Positions 1-9,374 of a stretch of 64,000 nt of DNA are shown one piece after another. Location: assembly GCA_046758445.1 (NCBI GenBank), contig JBHIAE010000009.1, positions 8,788-72,787 of the forward strand. Direction: 5' to 3'. A program made the position numbers and the translations under genes. Position 1 is the stretch's first letter. Each line of letters opens with the position of its first letter. The notes below the pieces were generated by a model. That model was not told where the DNA came from and made no database searches. It was given only the letters and a program-made list of their open reading frames with translations. This DNA comes from Candidatus Thorarchaeota archaeon. GTDB taxonomy: Archaea > Asgardarchaeota > Thorarchaeia > Thorarchaeales > Thorarchaeaceae.

Positions 1-1725
1 CCGGGAAACCCAAATCAGTTGAGAGAGAAGGGTGTTCCACCGGATCTGCTCAAGGAATACATGGACAAAGTGATAGTACGAGTGTACACGCCAGCTAGTA
101 GCAAAGGACTCACGGTTTCCATAAACCCACTCAAGCTGCCCGACCCGAAGGCGGACCCCGACGATATCATCCGACTCATGGACAACTGTGCAAGGACACT
201 TACCAAGGTGCTCACGAAAGTCGGGGGCTTGAGTAGATCGTGGGAAGGCAAGTCCTTTGCCGTGTTATACGAACTCCTCCGGACAATATGGGAGGGAGGG
301 AAGGACGTTGGAGATCTCAAGGACCTTGCGAATTTGCTGACTGCGCCCGCAGAGGAGATTGGGATAGACCTTGAGCCATACATGAAGTACACCGAGAGGC
401 AAACACTTGCCACTAGAATCAGAACCCTAACGGTCGGCTCCTCACAGCTTCTGTTCAGAGAGGAGGGTCAGATTGACTTCGATTATCTCACAAAGCCAGT
501 GGGAGGAAAAACGCCAATCAACGTTCTCTTTCTGAAGACTCTGAGAAGTGAGGAGGAGAAACACTTCTTCATTTCCATAGTACTCAATCAGCTCTATTCA
601 TGGATGCTTAGACAGGGATTCACAGACAAGCCTAGAATGATCCTATTTCAAGATGAGGCTGCTCCTTTCATTCCGGCAGGCATGAGAGCTCCTGGTCCAA
701 AGGAAACATTTCTTCTCCTCTTTAGGCAGGCTAGGAAGTACGGGGTCGAGTGTCTAATAGCTACTCAGAGTCCGAAGGATATAGATTACAAGGCGTTCGA
801 ACAGTTCAACTCCATAGCCACTGGCAGGATAAGCAGCGAGCAGTCGCTGAAGGTGCTTGAGAGAATACTCGAGCCGATAGCAGGAGAGAAGGAGTCTGAA
901 GATATCATCAAGGCTCTTCCGGGCCAGCAGACAGCATCCTTCATCTTCTCTTCAGCCGACTACAAACCAAAGGTCAATAGTATTGCCGTCAGATGGCTAC
1001 TCACTAAGCATATCACACTCACCGAGAAAGATGTTCAGAAACACATGAGTGTTCTCAGACAGGAACAGGAGAAGATACTGAAGAAGCTTGAAGAAGAACG
1101 CTTGGCAGAAGAGGAGAAACAGAGAAAGGAACGCGAGAAGATAGCTGCTGAGAAGAAAGCGGAGAGGGAGAGAAAGCGGAAAGAAGCCGAGAAGGCCAAG
1201 GCAGAGGCTGAGAAGCTCAAGAAGGAAGAAGAAGAACGCAAACGCCTGGAGGCCGAACTGGCAGCAAAGAAAGCCAAATTCAAAACCGCAAAGGAAACCG
1301 ACAAGGTCTTTGATACAAGAGGGCAGGCGGGCAAGGTATCCTACGATGATTTGATGAATGGATTCATCGCCAAGATCGAGGCCGTGGCCAAGACAAGTTT
1401 TGGACTGCCATTTCTGAAGGAACTAGTAAAGAGAGGTGAGCTCAACTACGAAAAGGCTCTCACCTATTACCTCAAAGAAACGAAGGCAGCCCTGAAACAA
1501 GGTCTAGCAAAGAAGACCAAGAAGCAGGAGAAGAAGAAGGTCGATTATATCCTCTACGACTTCGAATATGTCTTACAGAATGTACTTCAGGCCATGGGAC
1601 TAAAGCAACCAGAGTACGTCGATGAGGCCCGTTTGAAGAAGAGATTCGAGCAGCTAGTCAAGCGAGCATCAAGGAACAACATCCTTGAACGAATCATTCT
1701 AGGCGAGCCCTTCCTTGAGTTCTAG
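1..1725 (+). CDS. HerA/FtsK-superfamily P-loop ATPase (helicase HerA-like), 5'-truncated, with a charged coiled-coil insert
   Basis: Frame is open from base 1. Walker B 'MILFQDEA' and the HerA/FtsK motif 'RQARKYGV..IATQSP' are present; E/K/R-rich coil at about aa 345-425. Walker A lies upstream of the window. Confidence 0.8.
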   Translation, partial: PGNPNQLREKGVPPDLLKEYMDKVIVRVYTPASSKGLTVSINPLKLPDPKADPDDIIRLMDNCARTLTKVLTKVGGLSRSWEGKSFAVLYELLRTIWEGGKDVGDLKDLANLLTAPAEEIGIDLEPYMKYTERQTLATRIRTLTVGSSQLLFREEGQIDFDYLTKPVGGKTPINVLFLKTLRSEEEKHFFISIVLNQLYSWMLRQGFTDKPRMILFQDEAAPFIPAGMRAPGPKETFLLLFRQARKYGVECLIATQSPKDIDYKAFEQFNSIATGRISSEQSLKVLERILEPIAGEKESEDIIKALPGQQTASFIFSSADYKPKVNSIAVRWLLTKHITLTEKDVQKHMSVLRQEQEKILKKLEEERLAEEEKQRKEREKIAAEKKAERERKRKEAEKAKAEAEKLKKEEEERKRLEAELAAKKAKFKTAKETDKVFDTRGQAGKVSYDDLMNGFIAKIEAVAKTSFGLPFLKELVKRGELNYEKALTYYLKETKAALKQGLAKKTKKQEKKKVDYILYDFEYVLQNVLQAMGLKQPEYVDEARLKKRFEQLVKRASRNNILERIILGEPFLEF

Positions 1726-1833
1726 ACGACAGAGAAGAAATGACGCCTGTTGGATTGCTCCACAAACCAGTTATATGTACGGGGAGTGAGGTCTCCCAAT
1801 ATACAATATAGTCCATAGCGGGGGCAACTTGAG

Positions 1834-2487
1834 ATTAGCGGCTCGTCATATGTATACAAGATAATTGTAGTCGGTGATGCTGAAGTAGGAAAGACCAGCA
1901 CCGTCAACAGGTGGGCCCATGGTTGGTTTAGACACGACTACAAGCTCACTGTTGGCGTACAACACTATAGCCGCACCATTGAGCTTGGAAAGGGCGAAGA
2001 CAAGACGAGCATCAAGCTGATCATTTGGGACATGGCTGGTCAAGACGTCTTCAAGGAGCTAAGGGCTTCATTCTACGATGGGGCTACTGGTACCGTTCTG
2101 ATGTTTGACATTACTAGAAAGAGAACATTCAACCATATGCAACGTTGGATTGAAGAGGCGTGGGAGAATATCGGCGAACGGGTTCCAGTCGTAGTCGTGG
2201 CGAACAAAGCAGACTTGAAGCCTCATCGTGTACCGAAGAAAGACATCGCCAAATATGCAAAGAGTCTGCAGGCGCCATACCTCGTTACAAGCGCACTTAC
2301 AGGCTCCAACGTCACAGATCTCTTCGAGCTAGTGGCGAAAATCGTACATCAGGAAACACAGGGAATTGTCCCAAAGGGTCACGACTGGTCAAAACGACCG
2401 CGAAAAAGAACAACAAAGAAGAAGCCAACAGCCAAGAAGACCTCCAAGAAGGAGCCTAAAGCAAAGCGACAATCTCGTCAAGGCTAG
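1834..2487 (+). CDS. Rab/Ras-family small GTPase with a polybasic C-terminal tail (probable ATT start)
   Basis: Reading in frame upstream of the 2032 ATG gives G1 'YKIIVVGDAEVGKTS' (P-loop from 1873) and G2 'LTVGV'; then G3 'WDMAGQ', G4 'NKAD', G5 'SAL'. In-frame TAG at 1816; no ATG/GTG/TTG before G1. Confidence 0.9.
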   Translation: MSGSSYVYKIIVVGDAEVGKTSTVNRWAHGWFRHDYKLTVGVQHYSRTIELGKGEDKTSIKLIIWDMAGQDVFKELRASFYDGATGTVLMFDITRKRTFNHMQRWIEEAWENIGERVPVVVVANKADLKPHRVPKKDIAKYAKSLQAPYLVTSALTGSNVTDLFELVAKIVHQETQGIVPKGHDWSKRPRKRTTKKKPTAKKTSKKEPKAKRQSRQG

Positions 2488-3271
2488 ATACAGAAAAGTC
2501 TGGCTTCGTGTCTAGTCCTCTTGGGTCAGACACTTCGTCGCTACTTCGGCTGTGATTCACCAGTATTGTGGTCATCCCAGCCGCATTCCCCCCAGCTATG
2601 TCGGAGTGTGGGTTGTCACCGACCATGACTGCATCCCTAACCTCGAAACCTAGGACAGTCACGGTTTCTACGAAGATTTCTGGCATGGGTTTTCCCACAA
2701 CGACTGCCTCAACCCCAGTAGCGTGTTCTATTGCTGTCACAATGGATCTTTCACCTATGAAGACATCCTCATTCCCCAGATAGACACCGCCATACTTCAG
2801 ACTACCACTAACGCAAATCAACGTTGCACCGTCCTGGACCATCTTGGTGGCAAAGTTGAGTTCTTGAAACGTGAGACCTCGGTCTGCTGCAACTGCGACG
2901 TACTCAACCGGGGGATTGTTTGTGACGTTGAGGCCGCGCGCAACGAAGTCTTCTGTTGCCCCGCCCTCGCTTATGACAAAGCATCTAGCTCCCGGTGACC
3001 TGTTGAACACGTACGCGGCGGCTGCCGCTCCTGCGCCGAATGTTCTATCTCGAGTCAGACTGAATCCGGCCTGTGTCAGAGTGCTGTGTATCTGTCGAGA
3101 AGAGAGTCTTCCAACATTGGTGAGAATGGCATTAGTTCGTCCCAACGACTCAAGATGATTCCATAGGTTCAATGCGTCAGGAAACACTTCGGGATGCTCA
3201 ATGTCCCTGACCAGAGTATTGTCAACGTCAAAAAGCCACAAACGCTTCTGTTCCAAATCCATGTATTCCAC
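2456..3271 (-). CDS. HAD-IIA family hydrolase (NagD-like)
   Basis: 'FDVDNTL', 'LTN', 'GKP', 'MVGDNPHSDIAGG' motifs. Confidence 0.9.
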   Translation of the reverse strand: MEYMDLEQKRLWLFDVDNTLVRDIEHPEVFPDALNLWNHLESLGRTNAILTNVGRLSSRQIHSTLTQAGFSLTRDRTFGAGAAAAAYVFNRSPGARCFVISEGGATEDFVARGLNVTNNPPVEYVAVAADRGLTFQELNFATKMVQDGATLICVSGSLKYGGVYLGNEDVFIGERSIVTAIEHATGVEAVVVGKPMPEIFVETVTVLGFEVRDAVMVGDNPHSDIAGGNAAGMTTILVNHSRSSDEVSDPRGLDTKPDFSVSSLDEIVALL

Positions 3272-3325
3272 CTTTGTGCCCTTGACTTCTCATGCAAAAG
3301 AATCTGTCTGGAAAAGTGCTATAGA

Positions 3326-3676
3326 CTACTCCTTCTCTTTGAGAGGTATCACGCATATGAATTTGAAAGGCTCGCTGCCCTCCGTATTGTCATACCCGTG
3401 GTGAAAGTCCGGAGGGATAAACACTACATCATCCTTCTTGGCGACATCAGCTTCGCAATCGCCCAACAGCTTCGCTTCTCCTTGTAATATGAAGATCTGA
3501 TGTTCTTCTGGATGAGAATGTGGTGGAACTATGCCGCCCGGTTGTATCTCAAAATAGCGCATCGCATAAGTGATTGCTCCGGTCCTGCGTCCAATCAGCC
3601 ATCGAACAGTGGTCTTCTCTGCTCCGGGCAATGAAACCTCGGATTCTTCTCTCTCTCTGAAGTTGACTACGTACAT
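3326..3676 (-). CDS. cupin domain protein
   Basis: 'PPHSHPEEHQIFILQG' and 'FIPPDFHHG' cupin metal motifs; ATG at 3676 follows GAGGTG. Confidence 0.85.
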   Translation of the reverse strand: MYVVNFREREESEVSLPGAEKTTVRWLIGRRTGAITYAMRYFEIQPGGIVPPHSHPEEHQIFILQGEAKLLGDCEADVAKKDDVVFIPPDFHHGYDNTEGSEPFKFICVIPLKEKE

Positions 3677-3849
3677 CAGATGATTACACCTCAATCGCAG
3701 GGGGTCAATCTCATGCAGCCTGAGGGTGGCGCCATAATAGTATTAGGTTATAGACCTCCAAGCCCCCAGTTTCGACTGAAAGTAGAACAACCACAGAAAG
3801 GTTAATCTAACTTGCTCGGCAATCTCCACCAGAACCACCCGAACGCTGC

Positions 3850-4401
3850 TTGCCAATATCTGTAGAAGGGATGAGCATGAGTGAAGAAGACACATACGTT
3901 CGAGCAAAACTCACTGAGATTAACGGTGCCATCGAACGACTGACTCAGATGCTAAACAGAATGATAGACGTTCTCTCCAAGATTACCGAGGTACAGGATT
4001 CAAACTCGGAGATTGCCTTGACTGTTGCAGCCAACAGTGAAAAGCTTGACGAACTCATGACCCGATTGGAAGGTATCTCTGTGTCTGCACAGGTGGCCGC
4101 GGCCACAGAAGCGTCAACTATTGCCCAGAAGGGCGCGGTTTCAGGCCTCCAGGCTGTACTCGACACATTGGAATCTCAGATTAAGGAAGGAGTCATTGCC
4201 AGCGACCTATCAGGCAAGATACATCAGGCTGCCAGCGCTATGGATCAGAAAGGCGGAGCCGGACAATTGGTTGTAAAGATGCAGCGATGGGTGCGCATTC
4301 TGAAGACCTATGGTAGAGTTGACCCAATCAGTCCAGGAGACATTCAGAAGCTTCGAAGTGACATAAGGAAGTGGCAGAAGGAGATCGCAGAAGCCAGATA
4401 G
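3850..4401 (+). CDS. hypothetical protein, N-terminal coiled coil
   Basis: 183-aa ORF with heptad pattern; true start may be ATG 3871 or 3877. Confidence 0.7.
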   Translation: MPISVEGMSMSEEDTYVRAKLTEINGAIERLTQMLNRMIDVLSKITEVQDSNSEIALTVAANSEKLDELMTRLEGISVSAQVAAATEASTIAQKGAVSGLQAVLDTLESQIKEGVIASDLSGKIHQAASAMDQKGGAGQLVVKMQRWVRILKTYGRVDPISPGDIQKLRSDIRKWQKEIAEAR

Positions 4402-4501
4402 ATCAGTATTCACGCGATAATCACTTGCCAATACCTTCAAACTCGCAGTTCAGACTCCTTATAAAGGCACGACGTTTGGTGAATATTTAATAGGAGTTCC
4501 T

Positions 4502-4888
4502 TTGAGCTTCAAATATCCCTTCTGCCGGGAGTTAAAGGGGTGCACCAATATGTTACCAGACGACTGGGAGATGAGTGTTCGAGATAGTATCGAACGATTT
4601 CCTCAACCGCATAGGGACAAGATCATGGAAGCTTGGTATGAATGGCTTCAGATGAATCCCGAACCTCCTTATCATAAGAGCTGGTCAGAATACTCGGCTC
4701 GCTTGGACGACCAGGAGTCACTCTACACGGAAACCCGTGTCTATCTGAAACGAGTAACAAATGATCTTCGCGATCTCGAAGTTCCTCAAACAACATGGCA
4801 GAAGATAGCCAAGGCTCTTGCCGCAGTTGCGAGTGTCTTTCTTGTGATCTTCCTGGCCCTCTCGAGACTGGCAAGGGCGGCTGAGTGA
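4502..4888 (+). CDS. hypothetical protein with a C-terminal transmembrane helix (tail-anchored)
   Basis: Soluble helical region followed by 'ALAAVASVFLVIFLAL'; start may be ATG 4550. Confidence 0.65.
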   Translation: MSFKYPFCRELKGCTNMLPDDWEMSVRDSIERFPQPHRDKIMEAWYEWLQMNPEPPYHKSWSEYSARLDDQESLYTETRVYLKRVTNDLRDLEVPQTTWQKIAKALAAVASVFLVIFLALSRLARAAE

Positions 4889-4959
4889 CATCGACAGAGT
4901 GACTCGTCTTTTCTGAGAGGCCCACTTATATTGAGCCTACACTGCAACTTACAATAGCG

Positions 4960-6453
4960 ATGGATTCGGCAGAGATTGAGTTGCCTGGCACCATGCAAGA
5001 AAGGATTGATGAGGCCGCAGAAGCAATCCAAAACGCAAAGAAGGCACTCGCAATCTCCCACATCGATGCCGACGGCATTAGTGCATTGTCAATAATCGTT
5101 TCAGTTCTCGAGAGAGTAGGTGCAGACGTAGTTTGGCGAAATATCCACCAATTGAACTCCGAAACCATCCAAGATGTCTTAGACCTGACCACTGAACACA
5201 GACCGGATTTGGTGGTCTTCAGTGACCTTGGCACTGGTCAAATGGAATTCATACAAGACACAGTTGCTCTCGAGGACTACGTGACTCGCGTCATAGTCCT
5301 CGACCACCACGTGCCATCTGAAGAGAGAAGTGGTCCAATCTCTGGAGATTCAGACAGCAAGATCGTTGAAGTCAATCCTTGCCAGCATGGGCTTGATGGC
5401 GGGTATGATGTTTCAGGAGCCGGGGTTTCCTTTCTAGTTGCGCTGAGTCTTTCCAAGGAAAACGTGGATCTTTCAGAGCTAGCAGTCGTTGGAGCCACAG
5501 GTGACTTGCAGGACCGATACGGAAAGGGTTTCACCAATGTAAACAGTGAGATTGTCAAGTTGGCAGAGAGCGCCGGACTTGTCAGCGTTGAGAGAGACTT
5601 GACGTTTTTCGGAATCAATACAAGGCCACTCCCCTACTTGCTTGAGTACGCAACGGAGCCCTATCTTCCAGGGATAACTGGTGACCGTGAGAGTTGCTTT
5701 CGCTTCTTTGAAGAACTGAAGATTCCCATAAGAAACTCTGAGGATAGATGGCGTACATGGACTGATCTTGAGGATGAAGAGAAACAGGCAGTAATTCAGC
5801 GATTATTCAGTCATATACTAGAAACGTATGAAGACCCGAGCGTGGCAACGGGTATTGTTGGCGATGTGATATACCTCGTGAAACGCCCAGAAAGAACTGA
5901 GATGAGGACAGCCAAGGAATTCTCCACCCTACTTAATGCATGTGGGCGAAACAGACGACCAGAAATCGGAGTCAGGGTGTGCCTCGGTGATGAAGAGGCC
6001 TATCAGCAAGGACGCACACTTCTGCATCAGCACCGAACCAACCTCGCATCTGCGCTTCGAAGACTTGAAACAGACGGATACCTCGAGGAAGAGGGCATGT
6101 ACGTTGTGCGGGACCCACAAACACCAGACACAATCATCGGCATCGTGATTGGCATGGCCCAGGGGTCTAGAATAGTCCCCGAGGACAAACCAGTAATTGG
6201 AGTGAGCACAAATACGACCGGCGAGGGCCCTCTGGTCAAGATTTCTGGACGCGCAAGGAAGACCCTAGTTGACAGAGGTGTCAATCTCAGAGATGCATTC
6301 GTTTCAGTTGGCGAATTGATGAACGAAGCACACAAGAGGCAGGTGGTGGAGGCCGGAGGTCATCCGATGGCAGCGGGAGCCTTTGTTCACACTGACAACC
6401 TAGACGAGTTCTTGAACCTTGTTTCAACTCAGCTGGCTAAGAGAATCAGCTGA
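4960..6453 (+). CDS. recJ: archaeal RecJ/Cdc45-like DHH family phosphoesterase
   Basis: 'SHIDADG', 'SDLG', 'LDHH', 'GATGD', 'LNACGR', and DHHA1 'GGHPMAAG'. Confidence 0.9.
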   Translation: MDSAEIELPGTMQERIDEAAEAIQNAKKALAISHIDADGISALSIIVSVLERVGADVVWRNIHQLNSETIQDVLDLTTEHRPDLVVFSDLGTGQMEFIQDTVALEDYVTRVIVLDHHVPSEERSGPISGDSDSKIVEVNPCQHGLDGGYDVSGAGVSFLVALSLSKENVDLSELAVVGATGDLQDRYGKGFTNVNSEIVKLAESAGLVSVERDLTFFGINTRPLPYLLEYATEPYLPGITGDRESCFRFFEELKIPIRNSEDRWRTWTDLEDEEKQAVIQRLFSHILETYEDPSVATGIVGDVIYLVKRPERTEMRTAKEFSTLLNACGRNRRPEIGVRVCLGDEEAYQQGRTLLHQHRTNLASALRRLETDGYLEEEGMYVVRDPQTPDTIIGIVIGMAQGSRIVPEDKPVIGVSTNTTGEGPLVKISGRARKTLVDRGVNLRDAFVSVGELMNEAHKRQVVEAGGHPMAAGAFVHTDNLDEFLNLVSTQLAKRIS

Positions 6454-6507
6454 AAAAAAGCGTGAGATGGGAGAGGAGTCCCCCACTAACTCACTTTCTG
6501 GTCGCGT

Positions 6508-6981
6508 TCAGTACTCTTCAGCTGTAAGGGAGGCTCCAATTATACCCGGTACAAAGAGTAGCGCAAATGAAACTCCCAAGTCAATTGCTATGTTCTGGGC
6601 TATGTTTGCCAACAGAGAGAGATCTGTCGGCGACAGTCCAAGTGTGAGTACAAAGTACCCAAGAAAGAACAAGCCAATAGCAATCAACGAAACAAAGAGC
6701 ATCCTAACTCCACTCTTGGAGATGAGGCCAGCGATGAAACCGGCAACTCCCAGAGCAACTAGTGGTGCATAGGCTCCACCAATAGCGAATGTGTACGGAA
6801 ATATGAGCTGGCCGAACAACAAAGCACCCAGAATCGTCAACTGACCAGTGATATCGCCAGAATTCAGTATCAGCTGAATCTGATCTACTGTAAGACCAAG
6901 AATCTGAAAGGCACCGATTACGATCGCTACAACAAGTGCAATCACTAGTGCCATGATTGTTCTGAACATAGTTGTGAACAC
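6508..6981 (-). CDS. integral membrane protein, hypothetical
   Basis: About five hydrophobic helices; ends 'PGIIGASLTAEEY'. Confidence 0.8.
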   Translation of the reverse strand: MFTTMFRTIMALVIALVVAIVIGAFQILGLTVDQIQLILNSGDITGQLTILGALLFGQLIFPYTFAIGGAYAPLVALGVAGFIAGLISKSGVRMLFVSLIAIGLFFLGYFVLTLGLSPTDLSLLANIAQNIAIDLGVSFALLFVPGIIGASLTAEEY

Positions 6982-7165
6982 TTCCTATGTGGATGCACGT
7001 ATCCGTGTCTACGTTGTGTCGCATCTCCGCTTTTATACTTCTTGGACATCATTTCATACGAATAACCCTCCCAGAGGATGCCAGTGCCTCAGAAAGCACC
7101 TTGTCTTGAGAACCATGGTAGATTGTTACACCAGAGGTTCACAACACATTAGACCGGGATGGATG

Positions 7166-8749
7166 TCATATGAAGCTTTCACGACTCCTTCCCCTCCAGA
7201 CGACGAGTGCGGCCGCTAACACCGAACAGGCAAGGAGCGAGATGGAAGAGGCAGAAAAGGCAAATCTCAGATCATCTGAGATGTTCTTGATGGAGTACTT
7301 TGAAATGACGACGATTGAGTCAATAGAATCGGAAATGTTGCTCATCAACGAGAACGAACACCAAACCTCGAACACATATTCCCCATCGAGTAGGTTATGA
7401 GTATTGACATCCACTTTCCAGTCTAGATTGCATTCACCCAATGGGACCCCTTTGATGGTGATCGGCTGAAAGGATGGATCTCGCATGCTCTCAACACGCA
7501 CGTATACGGATGTGAGTCTGTAAGGCTTGTGATTCTGGGCTATTGTACAGGAGTTGAATACCACATGAAAGTAGACCTTGTCGAAAATGAAATCTTTTTG
7601 AGCTACTTTGGTTCCATTCTCGTAGAAGAGACCTGTGTTTGCTTCGTAAGTCGAGTCTTCCCAGAAACTCCAGTTCCCAACACTTCCCGTAAGAGCATAC
7701 CTGACTGCACTCACAAGGAATGCCTGCATGAACTCTACGCTACTGATTACATCGCTTGCCATTATGCCCGAGTGAAAGACGCTTCCACTACCGTACCAGT
7801 GCTGATAAGCCGCAATGGGCTCGTCGGGAGCCTCATTCGGATTCTTGAAGTGCCAATACCCGATTATCTCAGTGTTTGTGAGATTCTCCAGCTTGTTCTC
7901 TTCATGAGCTCCGTAGGGACTTTTTATGTTCTCACCATAGTTACATCTGATGTAGTCGCTAATCGGGTGGGATGTGTTGGCAAAGAAATAGTCATAGTGT
8001 TGACCGCTCCAGTAGGTCCAGAAGTTGCTACCAACCCAGTTCCTGTTCTCTTCGGGCCACCTGTGAAAGTCTGACTTCCAAGCATGTGTCCCATTGAACT
8101 CCCATCCATGGCCCTTTACAAGGCTGAGATACCCGGGCTCTTCGGGTGAGCCAGATGGATGGTATTTTACTTCGGCGAGGAAGTTGCATGCATCCATTAT
8201 GATGAGGGTACCACCTGTTTCAACAAATCGCCTGTAGGCAATGTACTCTTCAGCAGTAACGTACTCAGTAAACCCGAGTATGACTGCATCGTATGCTCTC
8301 CTCCCGTCCTGAAACAGCGCACCCATTGTAACGTTGATCTCGTCAATTAGTGCAACACTCTCACAGAGGCCCACACCTGCCAAACGCGCCTTAGGACTGT
8401 TTAGGAACGTGTGGAGTCCTGTGCTCCATTGCCACCCAGATTTGACCGTTACATTAAGCCAGTCTAGATCTGTGGTTATGTAGGGCTCATTGCTATGTCC
8501 GTACTTCCAATAGAAATTATAGAATGCACTCGAATACGCAGTGTCCGAGAAGATAGGTTTGACGACAGCGACCCTCAGCTCGTTCTCTGATGATACAGTT
8601 GAGGAGGAGGCACCGGACTTCTGGACTTCTGACAGCCTTGACACTGCCGAGTCATGAGCCGCTATTAGTGCAACTGAAGAGCTACCGAAGGCAACGATTA
8701 GGGTGACCAAGATTGCTACAGAACCGAGGGATAGTCTGATAGGCCTCAC
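7166..8749 (-). CDS. exported, membrane-anchored protein with an N,N-dimethylformamidase beta-subunit-like domain
   Basis: N-terminal signal and C-terminal TM. 'KPIFSDTAY' and 'EYVTAEEYIAYRRFVETGGTLIIM' resemble DMFase large-subunit C-terminal family motifs. Confidence 0.6.
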   Translation of the reverse strand: MRPIRLSLGSVAILVTLIVAFGSSSVALIAAHDSAVSRLSEVQKSGASSSTVSSENELRVAVVKPIFSDTAYSSAFYNFYWKYGHSNEPYITTDLDWLNVTVKSGWQWSTGLHTFLNSPKARLAGVGLCESVALIDEINVTMGALFQDGRRAYDAVILGFTEYVTAEEYIAYRRFVETGGTLIIMDACNFLAEVKYHPSGSPEEPGYLSLVKGHGWEFNGTHAWKSDFHRWPEENRNWVGSNFWTYWSGQHYDYFFANTSHPISDYIRCNYGENIKSPYGAHEENKLENLTNTEIIGYWHFKNPNEAPDEPIAAYQHWYGSGSVFHSGIMASDVISSVEFMQAFLVSAVRYALTGSVGNWSFWEDSTYEANTGLFYENGTKVAQKDFIFDKVYFHVVFNSCTIAQNHKPYRLTSVYVRVESMRDPSFQPITIKGVPLGECNLDWKVDVNTHNLLDGEYVFEVWCSFSLMSNISDSIDSIVVISKYSIKNISDDLRFAFSASSISLLACSVLAAALVVWRGRSRESFI

Positions 8750-8901
8750 ATCTCCACTCCGACCTTCCAGCTAATGAAGGCTGCTAACACCAACTCGTGT
8801 CAAACGTACTCTTTAGGCTTCTTATCAGAATTGGTGCCACTTGTGTGAAATGTCCAGCTTGCAAAGATGAGAGATGAAGACTCCCAAAGGCGCAGTGAAT
8901 G

Positions 8902-9357
8902 TCAGGATCTCATGAGAAGGAGAACATCTTCGGCTACGCTATCTAGAAGGCTCTTGATTCGTGGATGTAGACCTAACGTTTCTATTGCGTCTGGATGAGC
9001 CCATATGACTTCGGCATCTTCATGTTCAGGAACTAGGTAGAAGGAGGATGCGCGACAAAGATAGTGGTTGAGCACGAAGTGGTACTCCACCTTCCCGTTT
9101 GAGTCAAGAGTTATGAGATCGGCAGTGCTCACAAAGCGAAGAACCTCACATTCCACGCCTGTTTCCTCCAAGACTTCTCTTTTCACAGCTTGTTCCTGCG
9201 TTTCACCAATCTCCACCGCACCACCAGGAATGCTTAGGACACCTTTGCCGGGATCCTTGTCACGCCTACCCAGTAGAACACCTTCTTGTCCAACAACAAT
9301 CGCCCCGACTCCAATAATAGGACTAGAAGGATACCGTCTATCACTCATGATACTCAC
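8902..9357 (-). CDS. NUDIX hydrolase
   Basis: Nudix box 'GGAVEIGETQEQAVKREVLEETG'. Confidence 0.92.
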   Translation of the reverse strand: MSIMSDRRYPSSPIIGVGAIVVGQEGVLLGRRDKDPGKGVLSIPGGAVEIGETQEQAVKREVLEETGVECEVLRFVSTADLITLDSNGKVEYHFVLNHYLCRASSFYLVPEHEDAEVIWAHPDAIETLGLHPRIKSLLDSVAEDVLLLMRS

Positions 9358-9374
9358 CTCTCAAGTATGATGTG

